A stretch of 64,000 bases of DNA from Oikopleura dioica (Eukaryota; Animalia; Chordata), in assembly GCA_907165135.1 (NCBI GenBank), contig OU015567.1, positions 11,904,001-11,968,000 on the forward strand. The letters run 5' to 3'. Of this stretch, positions 36,976 to 50,563 are shown piece after piece. The translations under genes were made by a program, and so were the position numbers. Within the stretch, counting starts at the first letter, position 1; each line of letters begins with the position of its first letter. The notes under the pieces are model-generated. The model saw nothing but the letters and a program-made list of their open reading frames with translations. It did not search any database and was not told the origin of the DNA.

Positions 36976-39900
36976 ATGTTGGAATCAATCGTCGGAAGCA
37001 TACTCAACCGCTTCCTCGGCGAGTACTTCGAGAACTTCTCCTCCGCAAATGTCAATGTCGGACTCTGGAATGGAGATGCAAAAGTAGAGAATCTCCGGAT
37101 GACGGAGAATGCGCTGAAGACGGCGCTGAATCTTCCCCTTGCCGTCAGAAATGGCCACTTACAGACGCTAGAACTAGCGATCCCATGGAAAAACCTGGGA
37201 GGAGAGCCGACCATTATGAAGCTCGACGGACTAAAAGTCGAGGCCATCGTCACTGACTCCGTCGAGCACTCGGCCGAGGACGAGCTTCGATCAAAGCAAA
37301 AACTCCTCGATTACATCGAAACGAAGCTCGACGCGGAAGCTGTTGTCGAGACGACATCATCAAACTCAGAAGCGTACACGAACAAAGTACTCAAGAATTT
37401 ACAAGTGGAAATACAAAATATCGAGATCAAAATAATCGACACACAATTGGGCTCTTCGATTGGACTCTATCTCGGCTCGTTAACGCTTAAAACGGCGGAT
37501 ACAGAATGGAGAGAAGTCGGCGTCATGGATCATATGGCTGAAGAAGCGAGAATGTTCAAAATCGCAAAACTCGAAAACCTAGGCCTCTTTATCAACTCCG
37601 ACACAGACACAGAACCTCAGTATATACTCGAACCACTCACAGTACTAGCACACTTGCAACATAATCTAAGACCAGACGACAACGAGCTCCGAGGCGACGC
37701 CTCCATCAATCTCCAATCAATAGGCTTGAGGCTTACTTCCTCGCAATTTCGCTTCATCACTTCTAGCATAGAAAAGCTAGAAAGAATACGCAGAAATGCA
37801 AAATTCCGGAAAGGGCGGCCGACCTTATCGACAAAAGAAGATCCGAAAGCGTGGTGGCGTTATGCGGGAAATACAGTTATACAGATGTACAATATCAAAG
37901 AAAAAGCGAAACTATTCAACAGAAAATATATTGCAGAATACTGCCAAAACAGGAAAACATACAGAGAAGTCTTCAAGCAAAAATTACAGGGGACCAGAAC
38001 CTCTCAGGTGAGCAGATTGAGTACGACAAGTTGAAAATTATTCTTTAGTCCGAAATCGACGCGCTAGAAAGCGCCCTCGACATACCAACAGTTATCGAGC
38101 TCCGCCAAAAAGCCAGATCCTTGGTAAAGAAGCAAACAAGTGCACAGCAGTCTTCATGGTTTGGCGGCTGGTTTGGAGCGGCTGCTCAAGACGATCAATC
38201 TGGAAATCTTGAAATCGACGAAAACGACAGGAGTAGAATCTCATCTATCCTAGACGGAGTCGATTTGACCAAATCGAAAGATCCCCCGGGAGTCACACGG
38301 TACCAGCTTCAAGTGTCTCTTCCCTTGCTAAAAATTCAATTGGGAGACATTCTTACCCTCTCGCTAGAAGAAGCCTTCTTCACATTTAGAACTACCCCTG
38401 GTTGCAAATCAGAAATGCTACAAGTCAAATTCAACCGCCTTCTTGTTGACTCGATCTTGACGAAATCACCTATTGTCACGACGAATACAGCTGATGGGGG
38501 AGAGTTTTTCTCGTTCACCTTCACGACGAATCCTTTTACAAAAGATACCTACGAGAAAATAGCTGATCGCTCGCTGGTCGTGAAATCATCAGGCATCGAA
38601 GTCAAGTATGATGATGATGCTGCGCGAGCACTTTCGTCCTTTTTCATGTTGGAGATCGAATGAACGAGGTCCGACAAGTCATCCAGGATGAATACATCCA
38701 GCGTTACGAGCAAAGCAGAGCCGGAATGTCTCACATAATCTCCACGAGAAAATTGTTTCTCATTGACATTGATTTGAAAGCACCGCGTGTTGAAATACCA
38801 GGGCCAGAAGGTCAATGCCTCGAGATGAATTTCGGAAGATTAGTTGTTAAATCCCGCCGTGCAAAAGTGACAAGTCTGAGCGAGTTCGATCAGTCCCGCT
38901 ACTCGATTGATCAATTGCAGGAAATGGTCTACGCGAGCTACGATGTGAAACTTGTTGATCTCAAAATTTCGGTTCAAAAGCGTAAAACTCTTGCAGATCA
39001 AGAACTTGCTCCAGTTCGTGAAATACTGTCGCCTCTTTCCATCAACTTCGAATTCCAGCGACTCGACTCCAAAGCGCAGGCGACAGTCGAACTTGCAAAG
39101 TTTAAGATAAAGGGGCAACTTGACATGCTGAAGTTGAACTTTTCCGATTACCGAATGGCACAAGTGTCGATCATCTTGAGTAACATCCGAAGAGCATGGA
39201 GAGCGCACAGGCGAATGCAAGAAGATATAATAGACTTTGAGCTACCTGATGCGCCGATCTACATTCCGAATGAAGAAACTCGTCCAGGGGTTGATGCTAT
39301 CGAGATCGCTGAATCATATAGCAACATTAAACTGACACCGATTGCTTCCACTACGAGCAACGAAGAGTTCTTTGATGCCAATGACGAGTCATTTACCACG
39401 CTCGATAGCCTTCCTATTTCCCACGCCTCGTCGTCACTGGCAGATTCTGCTGCCAAGTTGAAGCTTTCTTTCGCACTGAATATGATTCGCGTTCAGCTCG
39501 ATCGAGAAACGCCTTCGATTCTTATCGCAGATGGGCAGATTCGAAAAGTTGAATTTACTCTCAAGCAGACCAAGTTCACAACAGACATAGATGGTCAGTT
39601 CGAAGCGGTCAACCTTCTCTACAAGCCAGACAGCGAAGAAGAATCGCTCAATTTGATATCTTTGGGTGCCCCAAATCAGCCTGCAGTTGAGATGACCTAT
39701 GGCGAGAACCGACTTTTAACGATTCCCGAGACGGATGTTCGATTCGAAGCTGCTAGTGTCAGAGCCAGCATTGACCCACAAGCGATAAACGAAGTCTCAG
39801 GCTTTATTACTACAATTCTAAATGCGACAAATGGAACAGACTCGTCAATTGACACTAGGGGCAACTCGTTGCTTTCTCGCGAGTCAAGCAATACGCTTAC

Positions 39901-42900
39901 ATCAATGGATCTTCCTGAATTGAATGAATCGTCAGAGTCCGTAATGAACATCGTCATTTGTTCAAGGAAATTTGACATTGATCTCTTCTCCAAGCAGAAA
40001 CTAATTGCGCAGCTATATCTCAATAATGGTGAAGTCGGATTTGTCACGAGAGAGAATCAGACAGTCGTAAAAGTCATTGTCGGCGGTGTTAAGGTTGTCG
40101 ATCCAAATGCGCTGAATCCTCTTTACAGAAATGTGCTGACAGTTGTCGATAGTGCGTCGACTTTCTTTGATATGACAATCACCCTCTATGATGTCGATCT
40201 TAAAGAAGACGCGAACAACATTGAAGCAATTCAAGGTTCCATATATCTGAGAACTGGTTGCATCAAACTGATTTTCTTCCAAAAATGGATTGACTACTTG
40301 GCATTTTATTACCCTGACGAGTTTGCAACTGGACCAGTCGACTGGGACTTCATAAAATCCAAAGACGGCTCATTTCTCATGTCAAAATATCTCATGGATG
40401 TTGAGATAAAAGATCCAATCGTCATCATTCCAGCTTCGACGACGCACAATTTTGGGTTTCGTGGGGATGTCAGAAACATAAAAATTCGCAACGAGTTCAA
40501 AACAATCGCAACTACTGGCCACAAATTCCATCCTTTGTTCAACAAAATGACCATAGATATCGAAGATCTCTGCCTCTATAATATGCCGAATTACAACGCT
40601 AGTTCGACGAAGCTGTCCTCAATACCGATCTTGGACGAATCACTTACAATCTTTGTCGAATCAAGCGCAGGCTGGGAATTTTACAAAGAGGTTCCTGGTT
40701 TAATTATTGATATTGACATTGAAAATGCAACTGCTCATCTTAATCAAGAAGATATGGTTGCACTCTGGTGCGTCTTGAATGGAAACATCTGGATACGTTA
40801 CGATCCTAAGCTGGAGGAGCAGATTGAATTGAATACCAGACGAACAGGCAGATTTTTGTCCATGTTGCAGCCAGAAGAAACATCACTTGATGATTCTTCC
40901 TCTATCCAAGAAGACTCATTCGAGGAACAGGAAGTTCACATTGATATGATCGCTAATGTTAACATCAAAACACTTGCGGCGAAAGTCTATGTCAAAGAAG
41001 AACTCTACTCAAGCTTTATTGCTCAGGATATCAGCGTTGTTTTCACCTCGAAAACTAATCTCATAACATACCAAGACATAATCATCCAAGATATTCTCCT
41101 TTACGACGAGCGAGAAGAAAACAAGAATATAAGTGGCGAGTCGAACTGCCTTCTCCAGAAACAAGAAGATATTCCCGATCCTGTGATCACGCTCAAAGTC
41201 CAAAACTTTACAAAGCCAGCGAAGCAGATCACCGATATGGACGTAAAATCTATGCGAATGGTTTTGATCATGGACTTTATTCTCACGCTGAAAACAATCT
41301 TCGCCGACACAATATATGAGCCGGTCGTTATGGAATGCACGCCTAAGACACAGAACTTAGATGTGCACCAAATCCACGCTCATATGCAATTTCAAGCGAA
41401 GATGGATCGGCCGCATATTATTCTTATGTCTGATTTGAAAAATGCACAAGATTCTTCTTGTATTAAGATGAGCGCAGACTTGAGAGTCGTCTATATCGCC
41501 AGTTTGACCGAACAGAACTTGGACGTCTGTATTGACCAGCCGCAGATCTATTCAGTGTCCTTCAAGAACTCTTTTGGAAACGACGAGGTCTACTTTGGGC
41601 ATAAAATTCTGAACTCAGAGGTGAACATCGCTTTCAATCAACTGACATCCCCGAGATCGAACATGATAAACATCAAATGTCCAGAACTAGACATCACTTT
41701 CAATCCGGAAGCTGTCAATACCCTTTTTCTATCATATCAAGTTGCAATGGGCCCACAAGAAGAGCCCCCGGAACCTGAGAAGAAAAAGATCTGCCTGGAC
41801 GTCCAGCAAACTATAGATCCCAAGGAGCTTTGGTTTGTTCCGAATGCACTCGGAAGTGACGTCGATTCCGACCTTTCTCTTGAGATTGAACGAATGCGCA
41901 GAGAAGAAACTATTGACGAGATGTTCACTGTGGTCATCCCTGATCTTACCATTCGCCTTGAATCACTCATGAGCTCCTCCATGGGAGTCGCAGAGAGTCA
42001 AGTTGTCCCCTTGCTCGTTCTGAACTCGTCGCTCGACACCGAAATTCGCAATTGGAGCTCAGAAATGTTCGCTGATATTTCTATGAAACTTGATGCAGAA
42101 ATTTATCATGAGTCTCGCCCTGGTTACGAGCCATTTATTGAGCAAGCGGAGTCTAATTTAAACCTTCCAGATTCCAAACTTGTTCCGTTTGGTGTGAAGC
42201 TCAAGTACAAGACATCAACATCGTCTGAGCGAACTTACCTTCCCGACGATGATGATGGGTTTGCACATGTCGAAAATAATGCAAAACAGAAGCTCGTGAT
42301 CTCTTCCGACGTTCCCCTCAACATGAATGTCTCGTCAGAAGGAGTCGATGTACTAAACCATCTTGCCACTGTGTATGGCCACAGTCTCTCAGACGCAGCG
42401 AAAGGAACGTTAGCAGATGTACCGAAAAAGCGACGAACAAAGCTTCATAACTCGGAAGTAAAGGCCCCTATCATTGTAATCAACGAGACTGGAAATGATC
42501 TTATTTTATCGACGAAGGACTGGATTGAATTTGACCCAAATCAAGCAAAGACAGATATTCGACGCAACTCACTCACGCGAATAAAGGGAAAGAAACCGAC
42601 TGACATCAAGCTTCATCCTGTTCCTCGAGGATCTCCTCGACCGGAAATGATGAGTTTCAGCATCCCAAGCTCGACTCCACGATACTTTCAATTTGGAAGG
42701 CATATCCATGTTCGGTCTCTTTCCGCTTACATGATTGGATTGTCCCCAGTAGGCTTTTCTCATAGACAAATAGACGTTTCCTCGCTCCAGGAAAACGCAT
42801 ACATCTTTGTGGCCAACAACAACCCAGCTTTCAAGGTTATTTTGGTCGTGAAAGTAGAGGGCGTCACTGGTGCAAGGAAAATCACCATTCAGACCTCTGT

Positions 42901-45900
42901 TACCATCAGTAACGAGATTCCCTTTCCTTTGGAGCTTATAAATGGTGCACAAGCTCGGTGGCAAGTGAACGACGAGACAAGAAGTGCTCCAATGCCAATC
43001 CGAATGATGAACAGCGCATGCATTTTCGACGTGACATTCGCGGACCCAGATGTTAGCGTCGCCGACAATCCGATCGTCTACTCAACTAAAACTTCATTTT
43101 CTACTCGTCTACAACTGTCAGTAAAGCACGAATCAACAATCCATCACATGACAGCACAAGTAAAGATGATTCCCTACAAGCGATCATCTCTATACAAAGT
43201 TCACATCCGCTTCTGTCCGGTATTCTCTCTCACAAACTGGCTTCCTTATCCGATATCTTGTACGGTAAATTCTAAATTCCAAAAAGAAAAAAATGTTATC
43301 ATCGATTCTGGCCGGCTTATGCCATTCATGTCATGGAGCCAAGATTGCGCGATAGTGATAGAATTCGCTGTGCGAAACTCTGGAATCAAGTACACTTCAG
43401 AAAAATACGTCTTGCCGAGATCGATCGACAAACGAGAGACCTCTGTATTCAAGTTTAGCCGCTTAGATCCTTCAGGGACGACGAAAGAATGTTTGCTCAA
43501 GAAACAGATAACGATCGACGCTCATGAGCATAAAATGGAAGTTTTTGCGCCTTACTGGATAATCAACGCGACAGATTTGGATCTGGAACTTCGACCAGTA
43601 AATAATATCGGCAGAGATAGCGATGTTCTAAAGCAGCTTCATTGTGACCCGCTTATGATTCTCCCGACAAAGCATAACGAGATGAACATCTCTGTGTTGA
43701 AGTCTAACAAGTCTAATAAAACCCATATAAACACAATCGGTCACATGGGTACGGTTTTCTGTCCTCCTTCTAATCAGGACAGACAGAGTTATCTCCTTGG
43801 CATCAAAATCGAGCAGACCTCTTTCGCGCTCACTACCCTCGTCAAACTCACGCCCTTCTACTATCTTGTCAATCGAACAGATGAAGAATTGGAAGTGAGG
43901 GAGGTCTTTGAAGGCATGATTGAACTAGATCGCAAGTCTCAATGGATTCCGCTGGATCCTACGAGCAAAATTCCCTTCTGGCCTCTTGATTCTCGCTACT
44001 CAAAATTACTCGTTCGCAAAGCCAGGAGTCAGTTCATCTCTGAGAAGATATCTTACCACTCGCAAGACCAGGGTATTCTTCTCAACATGGGCGACGTAGA
44101 AGGCCTTTACTCAGAAGTGTCTCACAATGACAACGAATGTTTAATTACCTTCACTTCCTACTTCAAAGGTGCCGCTGCATTCGACATCATCAATCTAACC
44201 GGTTTCGCGATTCATTACAAGCAAGAAACTCCTTTGTCTAAATATGCCCATTTGTATCCTGCTCATCGCATACTTTACACCTGGAGATATCCAAGTGAAT
44301 CGAAGAGTCTTGAGCTACGGATCGATGGCAAAGAGGCAGCAAAATGCTCCATTCGAGAAACTGGTCAGGATGCAATGATAGTAAGAACGTTGCGCATTTC
44401 TGGCGCTCAAATCTTTGTCATCCCTGTATTCATTGGCACCCAAAGAACGGTTGTCATCACGCAAGATCAATTCCACAAAAATCGTCTGCTTCATGTTGAC
44501 AAGCAAGTAATCGAGAAAGAAAACCAAATTCAGCTTCGAGGTATTGGACTTTCTCTGGTCGATTCGATAAGACGAGAAGAAGTCGCTTTTATTTCGATAA
44601 AAGGCACAGGCGGTATTTGGTACCAGCAACGAGAGGGCTCGCGAAAGTGGAGAGAATGCTCTCCTGAGCTCACCTGGGAGCTTGAATCACGATGGCGCCA
44701 AAACTCGAAAACTCGGAGAAGCAATTCAAGATCGGACGGTTTTAGATGTGGAAACTACCAGGTAGATCTTGGACAACAAACGATGGTCTGCAATGGCAAA
44801 AACTGGACTCTCAATAGATCCGAACGGCAAGCCGTTGATATTCGATATTTAGAGACTGAGAGTTCTTCAAGTCTTGAACTATCGTTACAGGTACGTTCCC
44901 TTTAGAAAAAGCTTATCCTTATACTTTCTTTAGTCTGTCCAAATCGATAACACATCGCCAGCTCCGAAATGGCCAGTAGTCTTTGCTAGAGTCCCACCTA
45001 AACAAAGCGTTGCGGCAGTAGAAGTCGCCGATAATGTTGCTATGGTTTACGTAAGCATCGTCAAGGATAAATCACATGATTCCAACATCACAAAGTACAA
45101 GATGTTTCACGTTTTGCTCCAAGAATGTTTCCTACAGGTAACTTATAATTTCAAACTCTCGTATTTACTGCTTACCAAGGTGGAAGTCGACTTTGTCGCC
45201 AAAGTCCTCCAAGCTTTTGCAGAAAATTCCAAGCGCGGAAAGAAACGGAAAACGGAAAGTTTCCGTTTATTCATGGAAGACCTCGATTACGCTACGAATC
45301 CTGTTTCTGCAGAGAAGATCGTCGCTTCTTCTATTTCATTCTTCGAACACATGCATCTTTCTCCCATTCGAATGCATTTCCGATTCTCTCTCCAATACGG
45401 CGCTGAGGAAAACATCTTGGAAGATCTCAATTTGCTCCACAAACTGCAAAATCTTGGAGTCGGGCAAGTTGCAAAGGGAGATGTTTCCCTACAGCTGAGT
45501 TTCTTCCAGACTGAATATGAATACTTTTCCGATAACATTATCCGCGAACGCATCCTTGCTCACTATCGCTTTCAAATCATCCAGCAGCTCTACAAATTCC
45601 TTCTTGGCATTGAGCTTTTAGGAAATCCAGCCAAAGTCGCAGTTGACATGTTCTCAGGCGTCAAGGACTTCTTCTACGAGCCTTACCAAGGAATCACTCA
45701 ATCTGGAGAGGCATTTATCGAAGGTATCGGCTCAGGAACGTCAAAGCTGTTTTCTGGTGTCGTCGGCGGAGTTACTGGAGGCTTTAGTCGGCTTACTCAC
45801 AGCATTGGCTCTGTCTCAGCAGCCGTTACATTCGACAAAGAATATCAGAATAAAAGAACGGCCGATAATGTCAATAACGTCAAAGGTAAAAAGTACTTTT

Positions 45901-46591
45901 AGTTCAACGAAATCACAATTTAATCTTAGGCGTGAAAGAAGGCGTAGCAAGAGCTGGAGAAAAGTTTTTCGGAGGATTATTCGGTGGCATCGCCGGTGTT
46001 GTTGAGAAACCCATCTCTGGGGCTCGACAAGAAGGCGCTGCTGGCTTTTTCAAGGGCGTTGGTAAAGGTGTAACTGGCCTCGTCGCCAAGCCACTCACTG
46101 GAATTGTTGATGCAGCGTCTACCACCCTGGCCGGAGTCCATAGCCAGCTGGAGACCAAAGTCCAAGTCGACAGGATCCGATATCCACGAGTTGTCGATGA
46201 AGGAAGGCTTCAGCCTTATCGACGCAGATTAGCCTACGCCCAACACTGTCTACGCTCACTTCAAGATGAAGAAATTGCACTTGAAACTCCACTTGGCCTT
46301 GGTTACAGCGATAATGAACGAATAATTATTGTCGTTACGTCGAAATCGATTTGTGTGATTGACACAAGAACGACTACCGGACGATTGAAGGCTGAATTCA
46401 CCCAGGATGTCGCCAACGCTAATATTATCTACTCTGGAGATCGAGGACAAGCAATAATCCAGATTCGAGATCGTCAAGGGCAAATACGCATGATTAAAGT
46501 CAGGGCGCTTGCTGATCTTGAGCATTTAAAACGAGCCATTTCAAAGAACAAAGAGATTTCTGCCCGCCAAGAGTTCGACACGATGTTTTGA
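36976..46591 (+). CDS. VPS13: VPS13A/C-type bridge lipid-transfer protein, about 3150 aa, 5 exons, with an apparent 1-nt deletion at ~38640
   Basis: Chorein_N (MLESIVGSILNRFLGEYFEN...GLWNGD...LAIPWKNL); VAB repeats (FAPYWIINAT, PFYYLVNRT); WWE-like segment; ATG2_C helices (GARQEGAAGFFKGVGKG...AKPLTG); PH-like end. Exons 36976-38007, 38049-44890, 44934-45137, 45180-45885, 45930-46591. Confidence 0.95.
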
Positions 46592-46871
46592 GACAATCCT
46601 CCCGTCAAGTGCTAATATTAAAATCCCTCGTGAAAAGAGGACGTTCTGTTCAAAGGAGTTCAACCTACTAATGAGCTTACTGTACTACCTTCACTTTAAC
46701 TTTTTACCTATCACTGAAATACTCATGAAACATTACACTCATTCCATATTGAAAGAAAATTCACTGTTTATTCAATTATGCGACCATCTGTACAATAAAT
46801 CACGAATTTATTCAAGAGCACAATTTACAAGATATCGCGGTTGCTCTCCCCGGAATCTTTTTGAGGCCTTT

Positions 46872-48602
46872 TTATTCCCCTTGGTATCCTTCAGGGCAAT
46901 TCGTGTGTCGACGGGTTCTGTTGAGTGGATCGCAGAATTTCTTAGCAGGAGGATATTGATCATTGAGTCTGACCTTTTCCTAGAAAAAGATATAAACAGA
47001 CAATTAGCAGCAGACAAATACCTTCAGATCAAGACAAAATGGGGAGAGAAGAGTTTTTAGGTATGGATTCACAAATCCAAGAGCGCAATAGTTGAATGGG
47101 AACCAAGCATCAGGAACATCAAGAGGGTACTGCATATACACATGCTAAAATTTTATCATCAGCTAAGCTTCAACTAAAAAAAAATCAAACCTGTAATAGC
47201 TTGGCGAAGCTCTTTGGCCCCATAGTTTTTATTCCTTCGTTCTCCCCAAGTTTTCCTCTTTTTCGCAGATCAACTTCAAGCTTTTCAAAGAGCTCTTCAT
47301 GAGGGATGAATTCTTTATCTTCGATGTGCTTATCGAATTTTATTTTCTCGTCCTCAGAGCGGAAGCAAAGTGATCTCCAGACAAATGTTATTCTAAAGCA
47401 ATCATAATTATATCATTATCCAAATTTGAAGCGTACCTAAACTCCTCTGTTTTGAAAGTGTCCACAAGATCGTCATTTGCTAACAGGTACCAAGTGTCGT
47501 TTCCCTGATACTCGATTCTGTTGAAGTGGCCCTTAATCATATGGGCGGAGTGATAACCAGGTCCAGTTCGTTCAACTCCGTGGATCATTCGACCACCGTC
47601 CATCATAATTGCTTGTCCTCGTTTAGGAGGCAGACTCTTCGAGGGAGCTCCAGGTCCATTTGGGTAGAAAACGTATCTTCAAATAAGTAATCAATCAATT
47701 CTATTCTACTTGCTCTAACCGGCCGCCGTTGGTATAATACGGGTTTTCTTTGGTTCCATGAAGATATGCAACACCCTGCGCCTGTGGAATCATGATGTCA
47801 TCATAAAGCTCTGCCTCCTTGAGAACATGGAGGAACCAATCTGGGACGGTCATTTGGTTGATGCCCCAGAACCACTGATTATCCTGATGAAGCGCAAGGT
47901 CAAATCCTGGAGGAAGCATGACGATGTTGACTTGAGTTGGTCGAAAATACACTTCTCCGTCATGCGGTTTTCCCTGAATTTAGTTCGTACTTAATCAAAT
48001 AGAATGAAAACAAACCTGAGCGGCCCAACCGTCTCTGCAAATATTTCCGATCTTTTGCTTGTATTCCTCTGTTTCAAAGAGAGCCTTGATCTTTGGCTCG
48101 TTGACCTTGTCCATGTAGTAGTTGATAAAAGAGAAGACACGAGTTGTTAGTTGTTTGACGGTTTCTTTTGATCCGTGCCACCCGCCTGTGAGAAGAAGAT
48201 GTCTGAAGATGTCGTTTCTGCCAGTGAAATGACAAGTTTTGCCATCGCCAGTAGTGAATGAGAGCTCCTCACATGTTCCATCAGGGAGAATGGGTTCTTC
48301 TTCGCCGATTGTCATCACGCCACGGGCTGCAGCTTCGATTGCAGTTGTAAAACGGCGTTCATTGAGGATGAATTCTCGCAATTCTTAGAATAAGGAACTA
48401 AAGAGATGAAATAAGAGTGCTGAATATTACCTTGGATCATATCTTCACTAAGAAAATCATCAATAATCTCATACGGAATCGGTTTATCATAAACTCTCGT
48501 GTTCCCATAAAAAAGAGGAGGCAGCACTCTGAGAGCAACAGCGATAAAAATTGGAATGTAAAAAAGCTTGAGAAGCCATGAAGAACTCGATTTCTCGCCC
48601 AT
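46872..48602 (-). CDS. N-terminally anchored 2-oxoglutarate/Fe(II) dioxygenase-like protein of unknown substrate
   Basis: Hydrophobic anchor WLLKLFYIPIFIAVAL; HxD in LALHQDNQWFWG; distal His in RMIHGVE; putative 2OG-binding Arg in FRITFVW. About 7 exons splice in frame, ending NCPEGYQGE*. Confidence 0.75.
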
Positions 48603-48988
48603 TTTGCCGGTATGCAAGGCTTCCTTTGCTGAACGATTAGTTCTTCGGTCATATTTGCGGATTATGTTTGTTGTTTGGCTTTTTTGGAGGCCATTGGTCG
48701 GAATTTGTTCAAGGCCGTTTTTTGTTCAAGGACAGGGGTCGGATTATTTAATTTTCAAATTTTATATACACCTGTCTCCGAGACAAGAATACTCAATAAA
48801 AAGATCCTTGTAGTCTCTCTAGAGTCCCAAGAATATCATCAGTAAAAGAAGAGAATCATCCCCTTTCTTTGGAGTAAGAAATAATTTGCGAACGAAATCC
48901 GACGTGAGTCACTTGCTTTTCCCTTTCATGAAGTGATAAATCCGAGCTAGAAATGCTGTTTGCGGCTGAATTTTTCATTTCAGAGAAA

Positions 48989-50302
48989 ATGGATACAACT
49001 GAAGAGGTGAAAATAGAGCTGACTGACGACAACAGCGACGAGATCGACGATTTTCATCGAGAGATACGGACAGAGGTGATGGCGGAAGCGAAAAGAAATT
49101 TTGATATGCTTCTTGAATGTCGACCAACTGTTGATCGTAACACTGCCTACAAAATGTTCCAGGACTATAAGGTATGATAGGTTTTTTTTAATAAAACCAA
49201 ATCATCAATTTTTCAAGATCGATTTGGCTGAGAAGAAACGATACTACTTCCACGAACAATTCGAGAGCCTGATAAAACTCACCAAGGAGTACATAAAAAA
49301 TAATACTGAAGAAATTCACGTGGCTTCAATCAAACGGCCAGAGACGATTGCAACAAAAGGTTCCTAGCCGAACCTTTTAAATATCAGTTCTACTTGTATG
49401 TCTTTTAGCTTCCACTTCAAGAAGTATCTGCCCATTTCCGCACGACTCAAGCGTTGAAAACATAGAAAATATCTTGCAAATCACATTATATGCACCCGAA
49501 GTGCGCCTCGAATTCCCTTACGATCAGCCTCACATCGAAAGCTCGGTAGAATGGTCGCTTCATTGGGATCCCTGGGTTGCGAAGGTCAAGACCAAGGACG
49601 AAGCAGAAAGTATTTTCAACGAATTTTCTGAGCGAGAGGAAGATCACGAGACGTTCACAACTCGAAATCTCATACATTCTTGTTTTCAAGCAACGAAGAA
49701 ATTGCAACCTGCAAAAATAAAACCTCTCAATAGAAAATTGGCTGACAGTTATCGATCTTCTTCGCTTCAGAAAAAGATCTGTACTCGTTTTGTAAAAAGG
49801 TAAATCCCCTTTCTTTTCGTTTTTTTGACAATTTTTTAGTTCCAACAAGGAACCAATGCCTAAAGTTCCCTTGAAAATCATCAATAGAAACACAGAAAAA
49901 GGAATCTTCGCACGAAACAACGCCAAAGAGAAGGAGATAGATGATAGAATCAGAAAAGCAGTCAGACATCATGAAGTCTTCAATAAGTCTATTATTCCTG
50001 CCGGCAAAATTGCGGAGATGAAAGCATATTCTAAGAAATTCGCCCAAACGAATGAAAACGAAGTCATCAATAAAGCCATCACACTGTCCGACGTTTTCAC
50101 TAAACCTCCTATTCCACCCCCAAAGAGTGAGAAGACAAATGGTTGTGCGCCGAAACAAGCAGAGAAAAATGACAAGGTCAAGAATCAGGAGGCGCTCATC
50201 AAACCTGATGCTCCAACGACAAACGAAAAAATTAAGGAAATTGAGAATACGTTGAAAGAAAAGATGAAAGCTTTTGCTACAAAACTTGCCGAAAAGAAAT
50301 AA
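48989..50302 (+). CDS. Uncharacterised ~390-aa protein with a Lys-rich C-terminus
   Basis: Exons 48989-49171, 49218-49359, 49409-49799, 49840-50302 are all GT-AG and phase-consistent; ttcag acceptor just before the ATG. Confidence 0.7.
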
Positions 50303-50563
50303 TTAAAGCACTGACTCATTTCAAATAAGTTACACAGTTGTACTTGCCAATCATACCTTATTCTTTATCACTGAAAATACACTTATCAACATTTATTCCG
50401 CGTTGTCTAACATTTCACAGTAAATATCCCGCATTTCTGCCTCAATATCGAAATCTGTGCCAACCCAGTTGTGGATGATCTTCCGTAAAATTTCGTTTTC
50501 GAGTTCTTTTGGTACTTCAAGTTTCGCCTAAAATATGGGTTTTCCAGCTATCTCTCAAGAAGA

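Noticed and set aside
38607-38655. A 49-nt GT-AG intron (gtatga...ttggag) explaining the VPS13 frame change
   Set aside because: Splicing it gives the wrong frame and removes YDDDAARALSSFF, which resembles conserved VPS13 sequence.
38840-44724. Many antisense ORFs of 65-130 aa inside VPS13
   Set aside because: Shadow ORFs of a long coding exon, with no motifs or splice structure.
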